Source: Thermoplasmata archaeon (GTDB taxonomy: Archaea > Thermoplasmatota > Thermoplasmata > RBG-16-68-12 > JAFNFQ01). Taken from it: a stretch of 64,000 nucleotides of DNA. The stretch is taken from contig JBGPQV010000008.1 of the NCBI GenBank assembly GCA_041489255.1, forward strand, positions 1 through 64,000. Direction: 5' to 3'. The first letter of the stretch is position 1. Each line of letters opens with the position of its first letter. The notes below the pieces were generated by a model. It made no database searches. It had not been told where the DNA came from and worked only from the letters and a program-made list of their open reading frames with translations. The position numbers and the translations under genes are program-made. Positions 40,971 through 50,164 of this stretch are shown here, piece by piece.

Positions 40971-41753
40971 TTGGTTTCTCGGTCAACGAATCCATCCGGG
41001 CCTTGGAGCCTTCCGCCGCCTCACCCCAGTTACCTGCCTGAGGTCTTCCCGAGGGAGCACATATCGAGGGACGAGGTCCTCGTCTTTGAAACGAGGCCAA
41101 ATCTCGTTCCTTTCATCATCCAACCCATAATCGGGCTGATCGTGCTGGTTCTGCTGTTTTTCCCCTTTCTCATCTTGGCAGGCTATTATATGGACATGGC
41201 TTGCCTTCTTTTCGCGATACTCTTCTTCGTCGTCATCCCGGTGCTGCAGATCTTCCTGAGCTACATGGACTGGATGGGGCGGAGATACGCGCTGACATCG
41301 GACAAGATAATGGCCGTGTCCGGGATCATATCGCGGCACCTCTACCAATGCACCTACGACAAGGTGCAGAACATCACCCTCCACCAGGGTGTTTTAGGGA
41401 GGATCATCGGCTACGGGACCATCGCCTTCTGGACTGCGGGATATGGCGGCGGAACGACCGGGATGGGCTACGAGCATCAGGTCATTGGCGGCGGCGGTGT
41501 CGTCTGGCTCAGGGTCAACGACCCAGTGAATCTCAAGAAGTATGTCGAGGAGGTCGTCAATGCCTTCCAACGGGAGAGGAAGATGCAGGAATACAAGGCC
41601 ATGGCCGCCGTGCTGACAGAATCGCAGAAGGCGGGAGTGCCTGCGCCTGCCGCCGCGACCTCAGGTGCTGTCAAGTTCTGCCCGAGCTGCGGCAATAGGG
41701 CCAGTGCTGGCGCCTTGTTCTGCGAAAAGTGCGGGAAGAAATTCGGGACATAG
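40971..41753 (+). CDS. bacterial-PH (bPH_2) domain membrane protein with zinc ribbon
   Basis: Two TMs; RYALTSDKI...GIISR...KVQNI...QGVLGRIIGYGTI; C-terminal FCPSCG...FCEKCG. Confidence 0.82.
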   Translation: MVSRSTNPSGPWSLPPPHPSYLPEVFPREHISRDEVLVFETRPNLVPFIIQPIIGLIVLVLLFFPFLILAGYYMDMACLLFAILFFVVIPVLQIFLSYMDWMGRRYALTSDKIMAVSGIISRHLYQCTYDKVQNITLHQGVLGRIIGYGTIAFWTAGYGGGTTGMGYEHQVIGGGGVVWLRVNDPVNLKKYVEEVVNAFQRERKMQEYKAMAAVLTESQKAGVPAPAAATSGAVKFCPSCGNRASAGALFCEKCGKKFGT

Positions 41754-41776
41754 GGTGGCGTCTCGCCGAGGACGGC

Positions 41777-42478
41777 TCAGAGCTCGCCCGCCATCTCCTT
41801 CGCTATCTGTCCGTACTCCCGCTCGTTCATTGCGGCGGGATTGACCGAGAGGAGAAGGTATGAGTCGCTGAGCACCGATTTCTCGCTGAGCATCTGGACG
41901 AACTTCAGGACTGGCGGGAAACCATTCTGAGAGACCAGGTACTCGATTCCTTCCAGGAGCACGGCAGACTGTTTCTCCCTCTCCATGAAACCGACAGCCT
42001 GAGAGGCCAGGGCAGACAGCTCTGTCGGCGAGACAGACTTCACGTCCCCTTTTACCTCCGACTCGCTCCTGCTCAGCCAGAGGAACTTCACGGACTTGGA
42101 CTCGAAACGCAAGCCGAGTTCCCTCGGGTGAGTGCGGGTTATGCATAAACCATGGTGACCTTTCTCCAAGAGATCCGCGAAGTGGTCGAACACTGCCTCC
42201 GCCTTCTCCTCCTTGATGACATAGCTACCTCTTCGGTCGGGGAGCATCCCGGTCCCTCTGGCAGATGCATGATCCTCGATCACCAGCCCATACTTCTCGA
42301 GCTGGCGGGCCTTGTCCTCCACGGATCGGGAGACCACCGCCATCTTGCTCTTCGCCATGATGTTGAGCTCGGTGGGGCTGTATCCCCGCGTGGTGAGCTT
42401 GGAGATGTCAGACCACGCCTCCTTCTGACCCTCCTCGTAGCCCTTGAGATACGCTTTCTTGACCTCGTCCTTCGTCAT
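41777..42478 (-). CDS. DUF835 family protein (inactive KaiC/RecA-like domain)
   Basis: GLCITRTHP, FLWLS, VSPTEL and VLLEGIEYLVSQNGF motifs. Confidence 0.85.
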   Translation of the reverse strand: MTKDEVKKAYLKGYEEGQKEAWSDISKLTTRGYSPTELNIMAKSKMAVVSRSVEDKARQLEKYGLVIEDHASARGTGMLPDRRGSYVIKEEKAEAVFDHFADLLEKGHHGLCITRTHPRELGLRFESKSVKFLWLSRSESEVKGDVKSVSPTELSALASQAVGFMEREKQSAVLLEGIEYLVSQNGFPPVLKFVQMLSEKSVLSDSYLLLSVNPAAMNEREYGQIAKEMAGEL

Positions 42479-42545
42479 GCAGTCGCGAGAATAGCGTGGC
42501 CGAGCATATATGAGCTTTCTGGACTGGCGGGCCTTTGGAGGACGT

Positions 42546-43307
42546 CTAACCGATGTAGCCGAGATCCTCTTTCGGGGCGACCTCGGGCCCTCCCTCGGTG
42601 TCCCTGAGCTTCGATGTGATCTGGTCTATCTGCTTCGCCTTGTTCTCCAGCTCGGCGAAGGATATCTTGAGATCCAGAACGTGCGTGAGGACCTCCAGGA
42701 CGGCTTGAGCGCTCTTCGGATCCACGAAGTATCCCGATGTCTCGCCCATGAGGCAGACCGACTGCATGTCGTAGAGCTTGCCCAGACCGAGCAGCAGCCC
42801 GCTCGCTCCTACGATTCCCGCCCCGGGCTCACCGCGGGCGAATACGACCCCATGCTTCTCCATCTCCTTCACGAGGTCGATGCTGGTGGCCGCTCCAAGG
42901 ACCCTGGGTTTGGTGACCATGCGCCCCAAGCCATAGCCGCCGAGGGTGTACATCATCTTCACCCCGAGCCCCTTCAGTTCCTTGAGGATGAAGTCGCTCA
43001 GCTCGTACTGGCCCTCGGGGGTGAGTCCCTGATAGTCCCCTGTCATGATGACCATGTCGTCCGCCTTCGGCGTCCTCTTGACGTGGTAAAACTCGTGGTT
43101 GACGAGCCGGACCAAGCCATCGTCCTGGACGAGGACCTGTGGCGGGAAGAACTTGGAGTAGAGCTCGGCGAACTTGACGCCCTTGAGCTCGTCCTTCAGA
43201 TGCTCGGCGGCGAGTTTGCCCACGTTCCCTATTCCCGGGAGCCCCTCGACGAAGATCGGGTTGGTCAGCACGGGCTTCTCAGTGTACCTCATCGTGATGT
43301 CATCCAT
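42546..43307 (-). CDS. proteasome assembly chaperone (PAC2 family)
   Basis: EGLPGIGNVGKLA, FPPQV and CLMGETSGYFVDP motifs; conserved position after nop10. Confidence 0.93.
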   Translation of the reverse strand: MDDITMRYTEKPVLTNPIFVEGLPGIGNVGKLAAEHLKDELKGVKFAELYSKFFPPQVLVQDDGLVRLVNHEFYHVKRTPKADDMVIMTGDYQGLTPEGQYELSDFILKELKGLGVKMMYTLGGYGLGRMVTKPRVLGAATSIDLVKEMEKHGVVFARGEPGAGIVGASGLLLGLGKLYDMQSVCLMGETSGYFVDPKSAQAVLEVLTHVLDLKISFAELENKAKQIDQITSKLRDTEGGPEVAPKEDLGYIG

Positions 43308-43470
43308 GGTCTGAAACCTCCTTCTTGAGCCTCCTCCGGTATGCGCCATAGCGGTCCTCCGGGGAGTACCTTGGCGGGAGGGGCATAATAGTGGCGGCCC
43401 CGCACGCCGGGCAGGAACCCTTGAGGGTGTACCGACCGCAGGCCTTGCACAGACGGATGAGTGTTCTCAA
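43300..43470 (-). CDS. nop10: H/ACA RNP protein Nop10
   Basis: Not in the ORF track (56 aa, TTG start): ...RLCKACGRYTLKGSCPACG...PPRYSPEDRYGAYRR. Confidence 0.93.
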   Translation of the reverse strand: MRTLIRLCKACGRYTLKGSCPACGAATIMPLPPRYSPEDRYGAYRRRLKKEVSDHG

Positions 43471-43471
43471 A

Positions 43472-44254
43472 CTAGGCTTCCTCCCTGATAAACTTGCCTT
43501 CTCCGCCGTGAGCCTCCAAATACTTCAGAACCTTCTTTGCGGCGTTCTCAATCTCCGACTCGGCCGTCTTGTAGTCAGGGGCGCGCACGACCAAGCGATA
43601 CCTCGGCGCGCCTATGTATTGCACCTTGACCGTCACATGGTCTTCCTTGAGCGCCTTTGCGAGTGCATCCTTTATGTGGACTGCGCCGTCAGGTCTAGGG
43701 CAGGTCATCTCAAGGAAGCCGCCAATCCTGACGAACGGAGCGACTATGTTCTCCCTCGCGACCTCGATGAACGTCTTGATCCAATCGCCCTCGAATCCCT
43801 CCTCCCCGAGGACGCCCTCGTCGATGACGCACGCCTCCATCGCATGGTATATCGTGCCAAATGAATCCGCAATCTTGTATCCGAAATCCTCGAAGCATTT
43901 CTCGATGGCGATCCCCAACCTCTGCGCGACGATCGCGAACAGCTTGTCCCCCTTCTGTTCGTTCTTCCACTCCTGTATCTTCTCGCGGCGCTTGTGTTCA
44001 TTGACCGCCTTGAAAGAGAGGTCCACGTGGCCCTTCGCCTTGTCGACCCGGAGGACCTTGCATACCAGCTTCTGACCCTCGCGGACGTAGTCCCTGATGT
44101 ACTTGATCCAGCCGGAGGCCACCTCAGCAATATGGATGAAACCTTCCTTGCCGTTGTACTCGTCCAGCGCGACGAACGCGCCGAAATCCTTGACCGTCTG
44201 GACCGTGCAGACTACAAGCTCCCCTTCATCCGGAAACTCTGCTGCACGAACCAT
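43472..44254 (-). CDS. eif2a: translation initiation factor aIF-2 subunit alpha
   Basis: FPDEGELVV S1 domain, IHIAEVASGWIK and YIGAPRY motifs. Confidence 0.96.
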   Translation of the reverse strand: MVRAAEFPDEGELVVCTVQTVKDFGAFVALDEYNGKEGFIHIAEVASGWIKYIRDYVREGQKLVCKVLRVDKAKGHVDLSFKAVNEHKRREKIQEWKNEQKGDKLFAIVAQRLGIAIEKCFEDFGYKIADSFGTIYHAMEACVIDEGVLGEEGFEGDWIKTFIEVARENIVAPFVRIGGFLEMTCPRPDGAVHIKDALAKALKEDHVTVKVQYIGAPRYRLVVRAPDYKTAESEIENAAKKVLKYLEAHGGEGKFIREEA

Positions 44255-44430
44255 CACTCCACGACTCCGATCACCTCGGCCCTGACAAGGGCTTTGCCGC
44301 CTGTGGGCTCGAGGATGACCGCGCCGCAGACCTGGCACGCGACGACCGATGCCGCCCTCTCGAAGACTATCTGCTCGTTCGGGCAGTCCTTGCACTTCAC
44401 TCTCAGGAAACGCGCGCGGTCCTTCAGCAT
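44254..44430 (-). CDS. rps27e: 30S ribosomal protein S27e
   Basis: [16 protein letters not shown]...CQVCG...PTGGKA. Confidence 0.95.
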   Translation of the reverse strand: MLKDRARFLRVKCKDCPNEQIVFERAASVVACQVCGAVILEPTGGKALVRAEVIGVVE

Positions 44431-44717
44431 CACTGCGCCTCCGTCAGCTCGAACTTCTTCGCCCTGATACCCCGCCGCTGGTGTGACTTCTTGCAGGACT
44501 TGCACTTGAACCGGAGATGGAGCCTCCTCGTCGGCTTCTCTCGCTCCGGGCCGGGCTTGGGCTTGGGGAAACTGCCGTACCCTTTCAGCTTGCGCCTGTA
44601 CCGCCTCTGGCCGAGCCTGAGCTCGGAACGGGGCCTGCTCTTCACCCTCTCCACTTCCAGCTCCACGTGCTTCTTGCAGTGGGGGCAGTAGCCCATTATC
44701 ACCCTAGGCATCTTCAT
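44430..44717 (-). CDS. rpl44e: 50S ribosomal protein L44e
   Basis: [28 protein letters not shown]. Confidence 0.95.
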   Translation of the reverse strand: MKMPRVIMGYCPHCKKHVELEVERVKSRPRSELRLGQRRYRRKLKGYGSFPKPKPGPEREKPTRRLHLRFKCKSCKKSHQRRGIRAKKFELTEAQ

Positions 44718-44977
44718 ATCTGGACCGTGCCGAGTTCACAGTCTTACTGCTATTAAAGGGTTGCTTCATGGCAGCGAGGCATTCGAAAACCGCGGGAACT
44801 GAGCAGAGCCGAGGTCATAAATCGAGCGATCGGAATCGAGACCGGACTGTTCGAATCAGCACACGCTGAGGCTCTGCTTTCGCATGAGCCGCTGGCGTCC
44901 ATGGCGGGAAGATTCTCCATCTTGATTAATAAATAGGAGCCTATATATATTCGGGCTCGGATAATTGGCGCGGTGCC

Positions 44978-45346
44978 TTGGTGGCGCGCGACGCAAGGAT
45001 AAGCAAGAGGGACGATATCCTCGCAGAACTTATGACCAAGGCTGGCATGCCAAAGAACCTCTCCAAGGCTTTGATTTTCATCGCCAGGCGGAACGAAACG
45101 ACCTCTGTGGAGATCGAGAAGGCCACGGGACTCCGCCAGCCAGAGGTTTCCATAGCGATGCAGGAGCTCAGGCGGCGCAGGTGGGTGGAGAAGAAGGAGA
45201 TCAAGAAGGAGGGGAAGGGCAGGCCCGTGCACTCCTATAGGCTTTCTGTCCCGTTCCCCGAGATTGTTGATACAATCTGCGGACGGGAGGCCGAGAGGAT
45301 CAAGCAGATAGAGGAGAACCTGAAGCGGCTGAGACAGCTCGCTTAG
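44978..45346 (+). CDS. winged-helix transcriptional regulator (archaeal ArsR/TrmB-like)
   Basis: TSVEIEKATGLRQPEVSIAM...GKGRPVHSYRL. Confidence 0.85.
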   Translation: MVARDARISKRDDILAELMTKAGMPKNLSKALIFIARRNETTSVEIEKATGLRQPEVSIAMQELRRRRWVEKKEIKKEGKGRPVHSYRLSVPFPEIVDTICGREAERIKQIEENLKRLRQLA

Positions 45347-46022
45347 CCCGCTCGAGGCGCTCGACGCCGCCTGCTTTTCCGACTATCACGAGGTCCGCCA
45401 TGCCTGCAAAGATACCGTTCTGCACCGCGCCCGGGATGTTGTTTATAGTCTCCTCGAGAGCGGCGGGGTCGGGGATTCCTCCGAACGCGCAGTCCACGAT
45501 GAAATTCCCGTTGTCCGTCATGTATGGGTTCATGCCGGATTTCCTAAGGCTCGGCTTGCAGCCGAGATCGCTGAGCCACCCCAGGGTCGCCTTCCACCCG
45601 AAGACATGGACTTCCACGGGAACCGGCGTCTTCTCGCCGAGGTTCCTGACCACCTTGGATGAGTCGACCACGACGACGAATCGCTTCGATGCCTTGGCGA
45701 CTATCTTCTCGCGGAAGAGCGCCCCGCCAAGTCCCTTGATGAGGTCCAGCTTCGGGTCGACCTCGTCGGCGCCGTCGACCGTCAGGTCAAGTTCCGGGTG
45801 ATTCTGCAGCGTCCCGACCTTGATGCCCGCCTGAGCCGCCAGGCGCTCCGTCTGCATCGAAGTGGGGACTCCTATGACGCTCATCCCTTCACGTGCGAGT
45901 TGCCCCAAGCGCTGGATGAAGTAGCGGACGGTGGACCCCGTTCCTAGACCCACCGCCATGCCGTCTTTCACGAGCGCGACGGCGGCCTCTCCCGCGATCC
46001 TCTTCTCATCCTCAGCCGCCAT
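45300..46022 (-). CDS. rpiA: ribose-5-phosphate isomerase A
   Basis: GLGTGST, DGADEVD, IKGLGGALFREK and TDNGN motifs. Confidence 0.95.
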   Translation of the reverse strand: MAAEDEKRIAGEAAVALVKDGMAVGLGTGSTVRYFIQRLGQLAREGMSVIGVPTSMQTERLAAQAGIKVGTLQNHPELDLTVDGADEVDPKLDLIKGLGGALFREKIVAKASKRFVVVVDSSKVVRNLGEKTPVPVEVHVFGWKATLGWLSDLGCKPSLRKSGMNPYMTDNGNFIVDCAFGGIPDPAALEETINNIPGAVQNGIFAGMADLVIVGKAGGVERLERAKRAVSAASGSPLSA

Positions 46023-46729
46023 CACTTCACCCGCCACGTCTTCATGTCGCGGATAAGTTTGACAATCTCCGCCACCACCCTATCATCGAGCTTCCTGCCG
46101 AGGGCGGCACTCGCCTTCCTCGGGTCCCCCGTCCAGCCGGGCCAGAACGGTCGAACGTCATCCAGGATCGCATATTCGGGCATCCGGTTCTCCGCGGCTG
46201 GCGGGCGCTTCTTGACCAGCTTCGGCTTCTCCGCCATGATCCGCGAGGTCTCGCCCATGCCCGCGTGCCCGTCCTCTGGCGGGAGCATGTTCTTGTTGTA
46301 GATGATGTCGTAATCGGAGAACACAAGGATCTTGACCTTCGACTTGCGCACGACCTCTCTTGCCGCCACTCTGAGGGCAGCCATGTGATCCTGCCCCGCG
46401 TGGCCCGTCAGGACGATGATGTTCCTGAAGCCGTTGCGGACGAGTTCGGAGAGAATGTCGCGGACAGTCAACCTCAGGGCCTCGAAAGATATGGAGATCG
46501 TGCCCGGGTATTCCTTCGTCGTGTTGCACACGCCATAGTACAGGAATGGAGCGATGAAGGCGCCCGTCTTCTTGGAGACCATCTCTGCAACGCGCATGGG
46601 CTGGAAGCAGTCAGTCGCGAGAGGCAGGTGCGGTCCATGCTCCTCAATCGAACCGATCGGCAGTATGACAACAGACTTCTCATTCACCTTTTCCGCGAAT
46701 TCGCGGGAGGTCATCTCTTCGAGCTTCAT
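46022..46729 (-). CDS. creatininase family amidohydrolase
   Basis: GSIEEHGPHLPLATD, TGHAG and GHAGMGETS motifs. Confidence 0.92.
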   Translation of the reverse strand: MKLEEMTSREFAEKVNEKSVVILPIGSIEEHGPHLPLATDCFQPMRVAEMVSKKTGAFIAPFLYYGVCNTTKEYPGTISISFEALRLTVRDILSELVRNGFRNIIVLTGHAGQDHMAALRVAAREVVRKSKVKILVFSDYDIIYNKNMLPPEDGHAGMGETSRIMAEKPKLVKKRPPAAENRMPEYAILDDVRPFWPGWTGDPRKASAALGRKLDDRVVAEIVKLIRDMKTWRVK

Positions 46730-46812
46730 CGCCTCCGTTATCCACTGCCCGCCGAAATAGCTTATCGTGGCGGGGGGATGGTTATTATTGGTGAAAACCC
46801 CTCCAGGGGTGC

Positions 46813-47487
46813 GTGAGAGTCGCCGCGTTATTCTCTGGCGGGAAGGATTCCACCTACGCGCTCTATGTTGCCCAACAGCGCGGATGGGAAGTGTGCAACC
46901 TCGTGACCATGGTCCCCGAGGACGCCGAATCCCTGCTGTATCATGTCCCGAACATCCACCTTGCCCCGCTTCTCTCAGAGTGCCTGGGAATCCCGCTGAC
47001 CCTGGGAGAAGCGAGCGCGGGGGAATCCGGCGAAATCGGCGGTATGGAAGATGCTTTGAGGAACCTGCGGGTCGATGGCGTCGTCACGGGGGCGGTCGCG
47101 TCCGAGTACCAGAAGTCGCGCATCGATGGCGTCTGTCAGAATCTTGGTTTGAGGTGCTTCTCGCCTCTTTGGCGGCGAAATCAGGCGGGCCTTCTCGACG
47201 ACTACATTGCGGCTGGATTCCGCATCATTTTCTCGGGCGTGGCGGCTGAGGGTCTTGATTCCTCTTGGCTGGGGCGGGAATTGGATCAGAAGGCGAAAGA
47301 GGAATTGCTTTCTCTTCACGGGAAGCACGGCCTGAGTCCATGCGGCGAGGGCGGTGAGTACGAGTCCCTTGTCGTGGATGGACCGAACTTCAGGAGGAGA
47401 TTGCGGATCGAGCAATCGGAACCCCAATGGAAAGGCAATTCGGGGACGTTCAAGATCCTCAGGGCCATCGCGGTCGAAAAGCAGTGA
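46813..47487 (+). CDS. dph6: diphthine--ammonia ligase
   Basis: FSGGKDS, SEYQKSRI, SPLW and PCGEGGEYESLVVDGP motifs. Confidence 0.9.
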   Translation: MRVAALFSGGKDSTYALYVAQQRGWEVCNLVTMVPEDAESLLYHVPNIHLAPLLSECLGIPLTLGEASAGESGEIGGMEDALRNLRVDGVVTGAVASEYQKSRIDGVCQNLGLRCFSPLWRRNQAGLLDDYIAAGFRIIFSGVAAEGLDSSWLGRELDQKAKEELLSLHGKHGLSPCGEGGEYESLVVDGPNFRRRLRIEQSEPQWKGNSGTFKILRAIAVEKQ

Positions 47488-47493
47488 ATGGAG

Positions 47494-47596
47494 TGGGGCT
47501 GCCCGAATTCGAATCGGAGTCTCCAGCTCCCAAAGCTGGAAGGATGGACCATTGTAGCCAGAGACCGATGGTCTCCAGTAGCTACCCCACAGCCCC
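47494..47596 (-). tRNA. tRNA-Pro(TGG) with 28-nt D-loop intron (47552-47579)
   Basis: Removing the intron gives GGGGCTGTGGGGTAGCTTGGTCCATCCTTCCAGCTTTGGGAGCTGGAGACTCCGATTCGAATTCGGGCAGCCCCA, a 75-nt cloverleaf. The junctions form a bulge-helix motif. Confidence 0.9.
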
Positions 47597-47632
47597 ACTG
47601 ACCGAAGATTGCAGACCGATATCAACATTCGC

Positions 47633-48592
47633 TCAGGCTTTCCCGAGCATCTCCCTTGCGGCCAGTCGAACCGCCTCGGCGCTCTTGTAGCGTGGCCGCC
47701 ATCCGGTCCGCTTGAGCTTCTCGATGGAGAGAATCATCTTCGTGACGTCGCCGGCCCAGCCGCGCCCGCCATCCACACCGCCGGCCCATTCGAACTCGAC
47801 ATCCTTGAGGCCCATCTCATCCGCCACAATCTTGGCGATGTCCTCGACCAGCATCATGTCCTCGCTGCCGACGTTGTAGAAGTCCACCTGCTCGCTTTCC
47901 GCCTTCCAGGCCGACATCATCCCCGCCACGACGTCGCTCACATGGACGTAGGACTTCAGCGTGCCAGGGTACCGCCCGAGTATCTCCAGCTTCTTCGGGT
48001 TCTTCTTCAGCTTGTTCAAGAAGTCGAACGTGACGCCGTGAGTGCTCCTCCCGCCAACGACGTTCGCGAGGCGGAAGATCAGCGCCCGCCATCCGTTCGT
48101 CTTCGCATAGGCTGTGATCAGGGCTTCCGACGCGAGCTTGGTCGCGCCGTAAGTGGAAATCGGGACGAGGGGGCCGTAATTCTCAGGTGTCGGCACGACA
48201 GGCGGCTCGCCATAGATGGTCGAGGTCGATGTGAACAGCATCGTCTTGACGTCTGAGGAGCGCATCGCCTCGAGCAGCCTCTGAGTCAGGACGACATTCG
48301 ATTCGAAGTGAAGGGAAGGCTGCTTGATCCCCGCGCGCACGTCCGGATTCGACGCGAGATGGATCACAACGTCCATGTCCTTGAGGAATCGGCGGATGGA
48401 ACCCTTGAGGATGTCCGCCTTCGCAAATCTCATTCCATGCCCTTTGACCAGCGCGTCGACGAACTCCTTCTTCCCCGAGCTCAGATTGTCGAGGATGAGA
48501 ACGTCGCAGGAGTCGCTCAGTGCCTCTGCTATATAGCTGCCTATGAAACCGGCTCCACCCGTTATCAGGACTCTGCTGCCTGCGATTGTCAT
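47633..48592 (-). CDS. NAD-dependent epimerase/dehydratase (UDP-glucose 4-epimerase-like)
   Basis: TGGAGFIGS, TSTSTIYG and YGATK motifs. Confidence 0.92.
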   Translation of the reverse strand: MTIAGSRVLITGGAGFIGSYIAEALSDSCDVLILDNLSSGKKEFVDALVKGHGMRFAKADILKGSIRRFLKDMDVVIHLASNPDVRAGIKQPSLHFESNVVLTQRLLEAMRSSDVKTMLFTSTSTIYGEPPVVPTPENYGPLVPISTYGATKLASEALITAYAKTNGWRALIFRLANVVGGRSTHGVTFDFLNKLKKNPKKLEILGRYPGTLKSYVHVSDVVAGMMSAWKAESEQVDFYNVGSEDMMLVEDIAKIVADEMGLKDVEFEWAGGVDGGRGWAGDVTKMILSIEKLKRTGWRPRYKSAEAVRLAAREMLGKA

Positions 48593-48716
48593 GAGTGACC
48601 CCTCCTCCGGGCTTGAAGCGCGGGCGGGTCGTCTGCCTAATGGGGATGGCGGTAATCAAGATTCCCATGCGCGGCGGGAGCATGATGATGGAGCAACGGA
48701 CAGAATCGGCGGGTTC

Positions 48717-48902
48717 TCACCGCCAAATCGTCCTGAGTCCCGCCACCGACCTGAGTTCGTTGCCGCTGGTGATTAGAGGGATCTTGCTGTCGAGCGCGTC
48801 AGCGACAATCATCCGGTCATGCAACTCATGCAAATCGAGACTTATCAGAATATCCCAAGCCGAGTGCGACAGATGGGACAGGGTGATGAATGACGTTGCC
48901 AA
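48717..48902 (-). pseudogene. truncated PIN-domain (VapC) toxin, C-terminal half
   Basis: ELHDRMIVADAL...PLITS is present; the N-terminal catalytic D(T/S) segment is missing. It lies directly after an AbrB antitoxin gene. Confidence 0.7.
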
Positions 48903-48914
48903 GATCTTTAACGG

Positions 48915-49151
48915 TCAGATAGTCCTCATCTTCCGCAGTCTCTCGAGATCCTGTTCAAGTCCTGTCGAGTCGATCTTCCCCTTCAGAATCCCTCTGAGGC
49001 TCGTGCGCCCGTGCTTGAGGAGGATGCCCTCGCCGGCATCGACAATGAGAGCCTCCTCACCCTCCTTGAGGTGATGCTTCTCCCCGAGGCCTTTGGGCTG
49101 GGTGACCTGCCCTCTTGAGCGGATTCTCACGCCTTTTGTCATGTCGCGCAT
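48915..49151 (-). CDS. AbrB/MazE-type (VapB) antitoxin
   Basis: VRIRSRGQVTQPK...LKEGE...GILLK...LRGIL; possibly degenerate. Confidence 0.75.
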   Translation of the reverse strand: MRDMTKGVRIRSRGQVTQPKGLGEKHHLKEGEEALIVDAGEGILLKHGRTSLRGILKGKIDSTGLEQDLERLRKMRTI

Positions 49152-49308
49152 GATATCGCCTTTCGAGCATAACAACTTTACTTCAGGCAATGCGGATAAA
49201 CCCAATGCCCCGAATGACCGATATGCTTACTTCGTGACAGGATTCTTGAATGATTGCCCTTCTTTCACAAAGAACTGTGCAAGACTCTCTTGGAACTCAG
49301 GGCGGCCT

Positions 49309-49810
49309 TCGGACGGAATCCCCAAACGTTCCTGCGCTTGGCATGGAATCCCGGACGATTCGCTTGGCTCTGCAGACGGCCCGCACGGCATTCCGCACGG
49401 TCCAAGGGTCTTTGAAGACAGCCAAAACCCACTTCCAGACGACTGTCTGGGGCTTCCAGACAACCGTCTGGGACCTCTAGAAAGATGTCTGGCGGTTCCA
49501 GACGACCATTTTCGACCATCAGAGGCCCGAATGGAGGTCCGGACCACCCGAACCTCCCGCCAGACGACTTTCTGCTGCCGCCAGACAACCGTCTGGGACC
49601 TCCGGACGACTGTCTGCGACCTCCAGAAGACCGTCTGGGGCTTCCAGACAACCGTCTGGCGGTCGCGGAAGGGAGTCAGAGGAGGGTTGGAGCCTTCTGA
49701 CGCTTCCAGACAACTGTCTGGGACTCGCTTCGGACCGTCTGGCGGTTGCGGCGGACTGTCTGGGGCTTCCAGAAGATTGTCTGGAGCTTCCAGACAACTG
49801 TCTGAGACCC
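49309..49810. repeat. degenerate 21-bp tandem repeat array with palindromic core CCAGAC-N4-GTCTGG
   Basis: Cores in 21-nt phase at 49351, 49372, 49435, 49456, 49477, 49498, 49560, 49581, 49602, 49623, 49644, 49706, 49769 and 49790, with two 1-nt phase slips. Confidence 0.85.
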
Positions 49811-50164
49811 GTCTGGAATTCGCTGGATAAGGGAGTGGATCGGCTTGACATGTATTCGGGTCTTCTCACGGTCCGCCAAGACCGGCTTGATGTTGGTTTG
49901 AGTCGGCTGGAGGTGCGTCAGAGTGTTCTCATGGTCCGCGAGGATCGACCGGGATCGGAAGGGGATCGCTGAGAGGTGGAATCCAATTGGCTGACGGCCG
50001 TTGCTGCCTGTCCGCCATGGTCCTGAAAAAGGAACCCGCTAGTATCATCGCGGGGAAGACTCATCCCCTCGCTCTCATCACAGACATCGCAGTGCGTGAC
50101 TTGTCCGCTCTCAGCGTAACGAGTCTCTCGGATCTGGGGGCGCCTCTCAGTCACTGCGTGAACA

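Noticed and set aside
49309-49810. CRISPR array
   Set aside because: The period is only 21 bp, there are no unique 30-40 nt spacers, and no cas genes are nearby.
49093-49879. Several overlapping ORFs across the repeat array
   Set aside because: They are open on both strands only because the repeat lacks stop codons; no frame is distinguishable as the real one.
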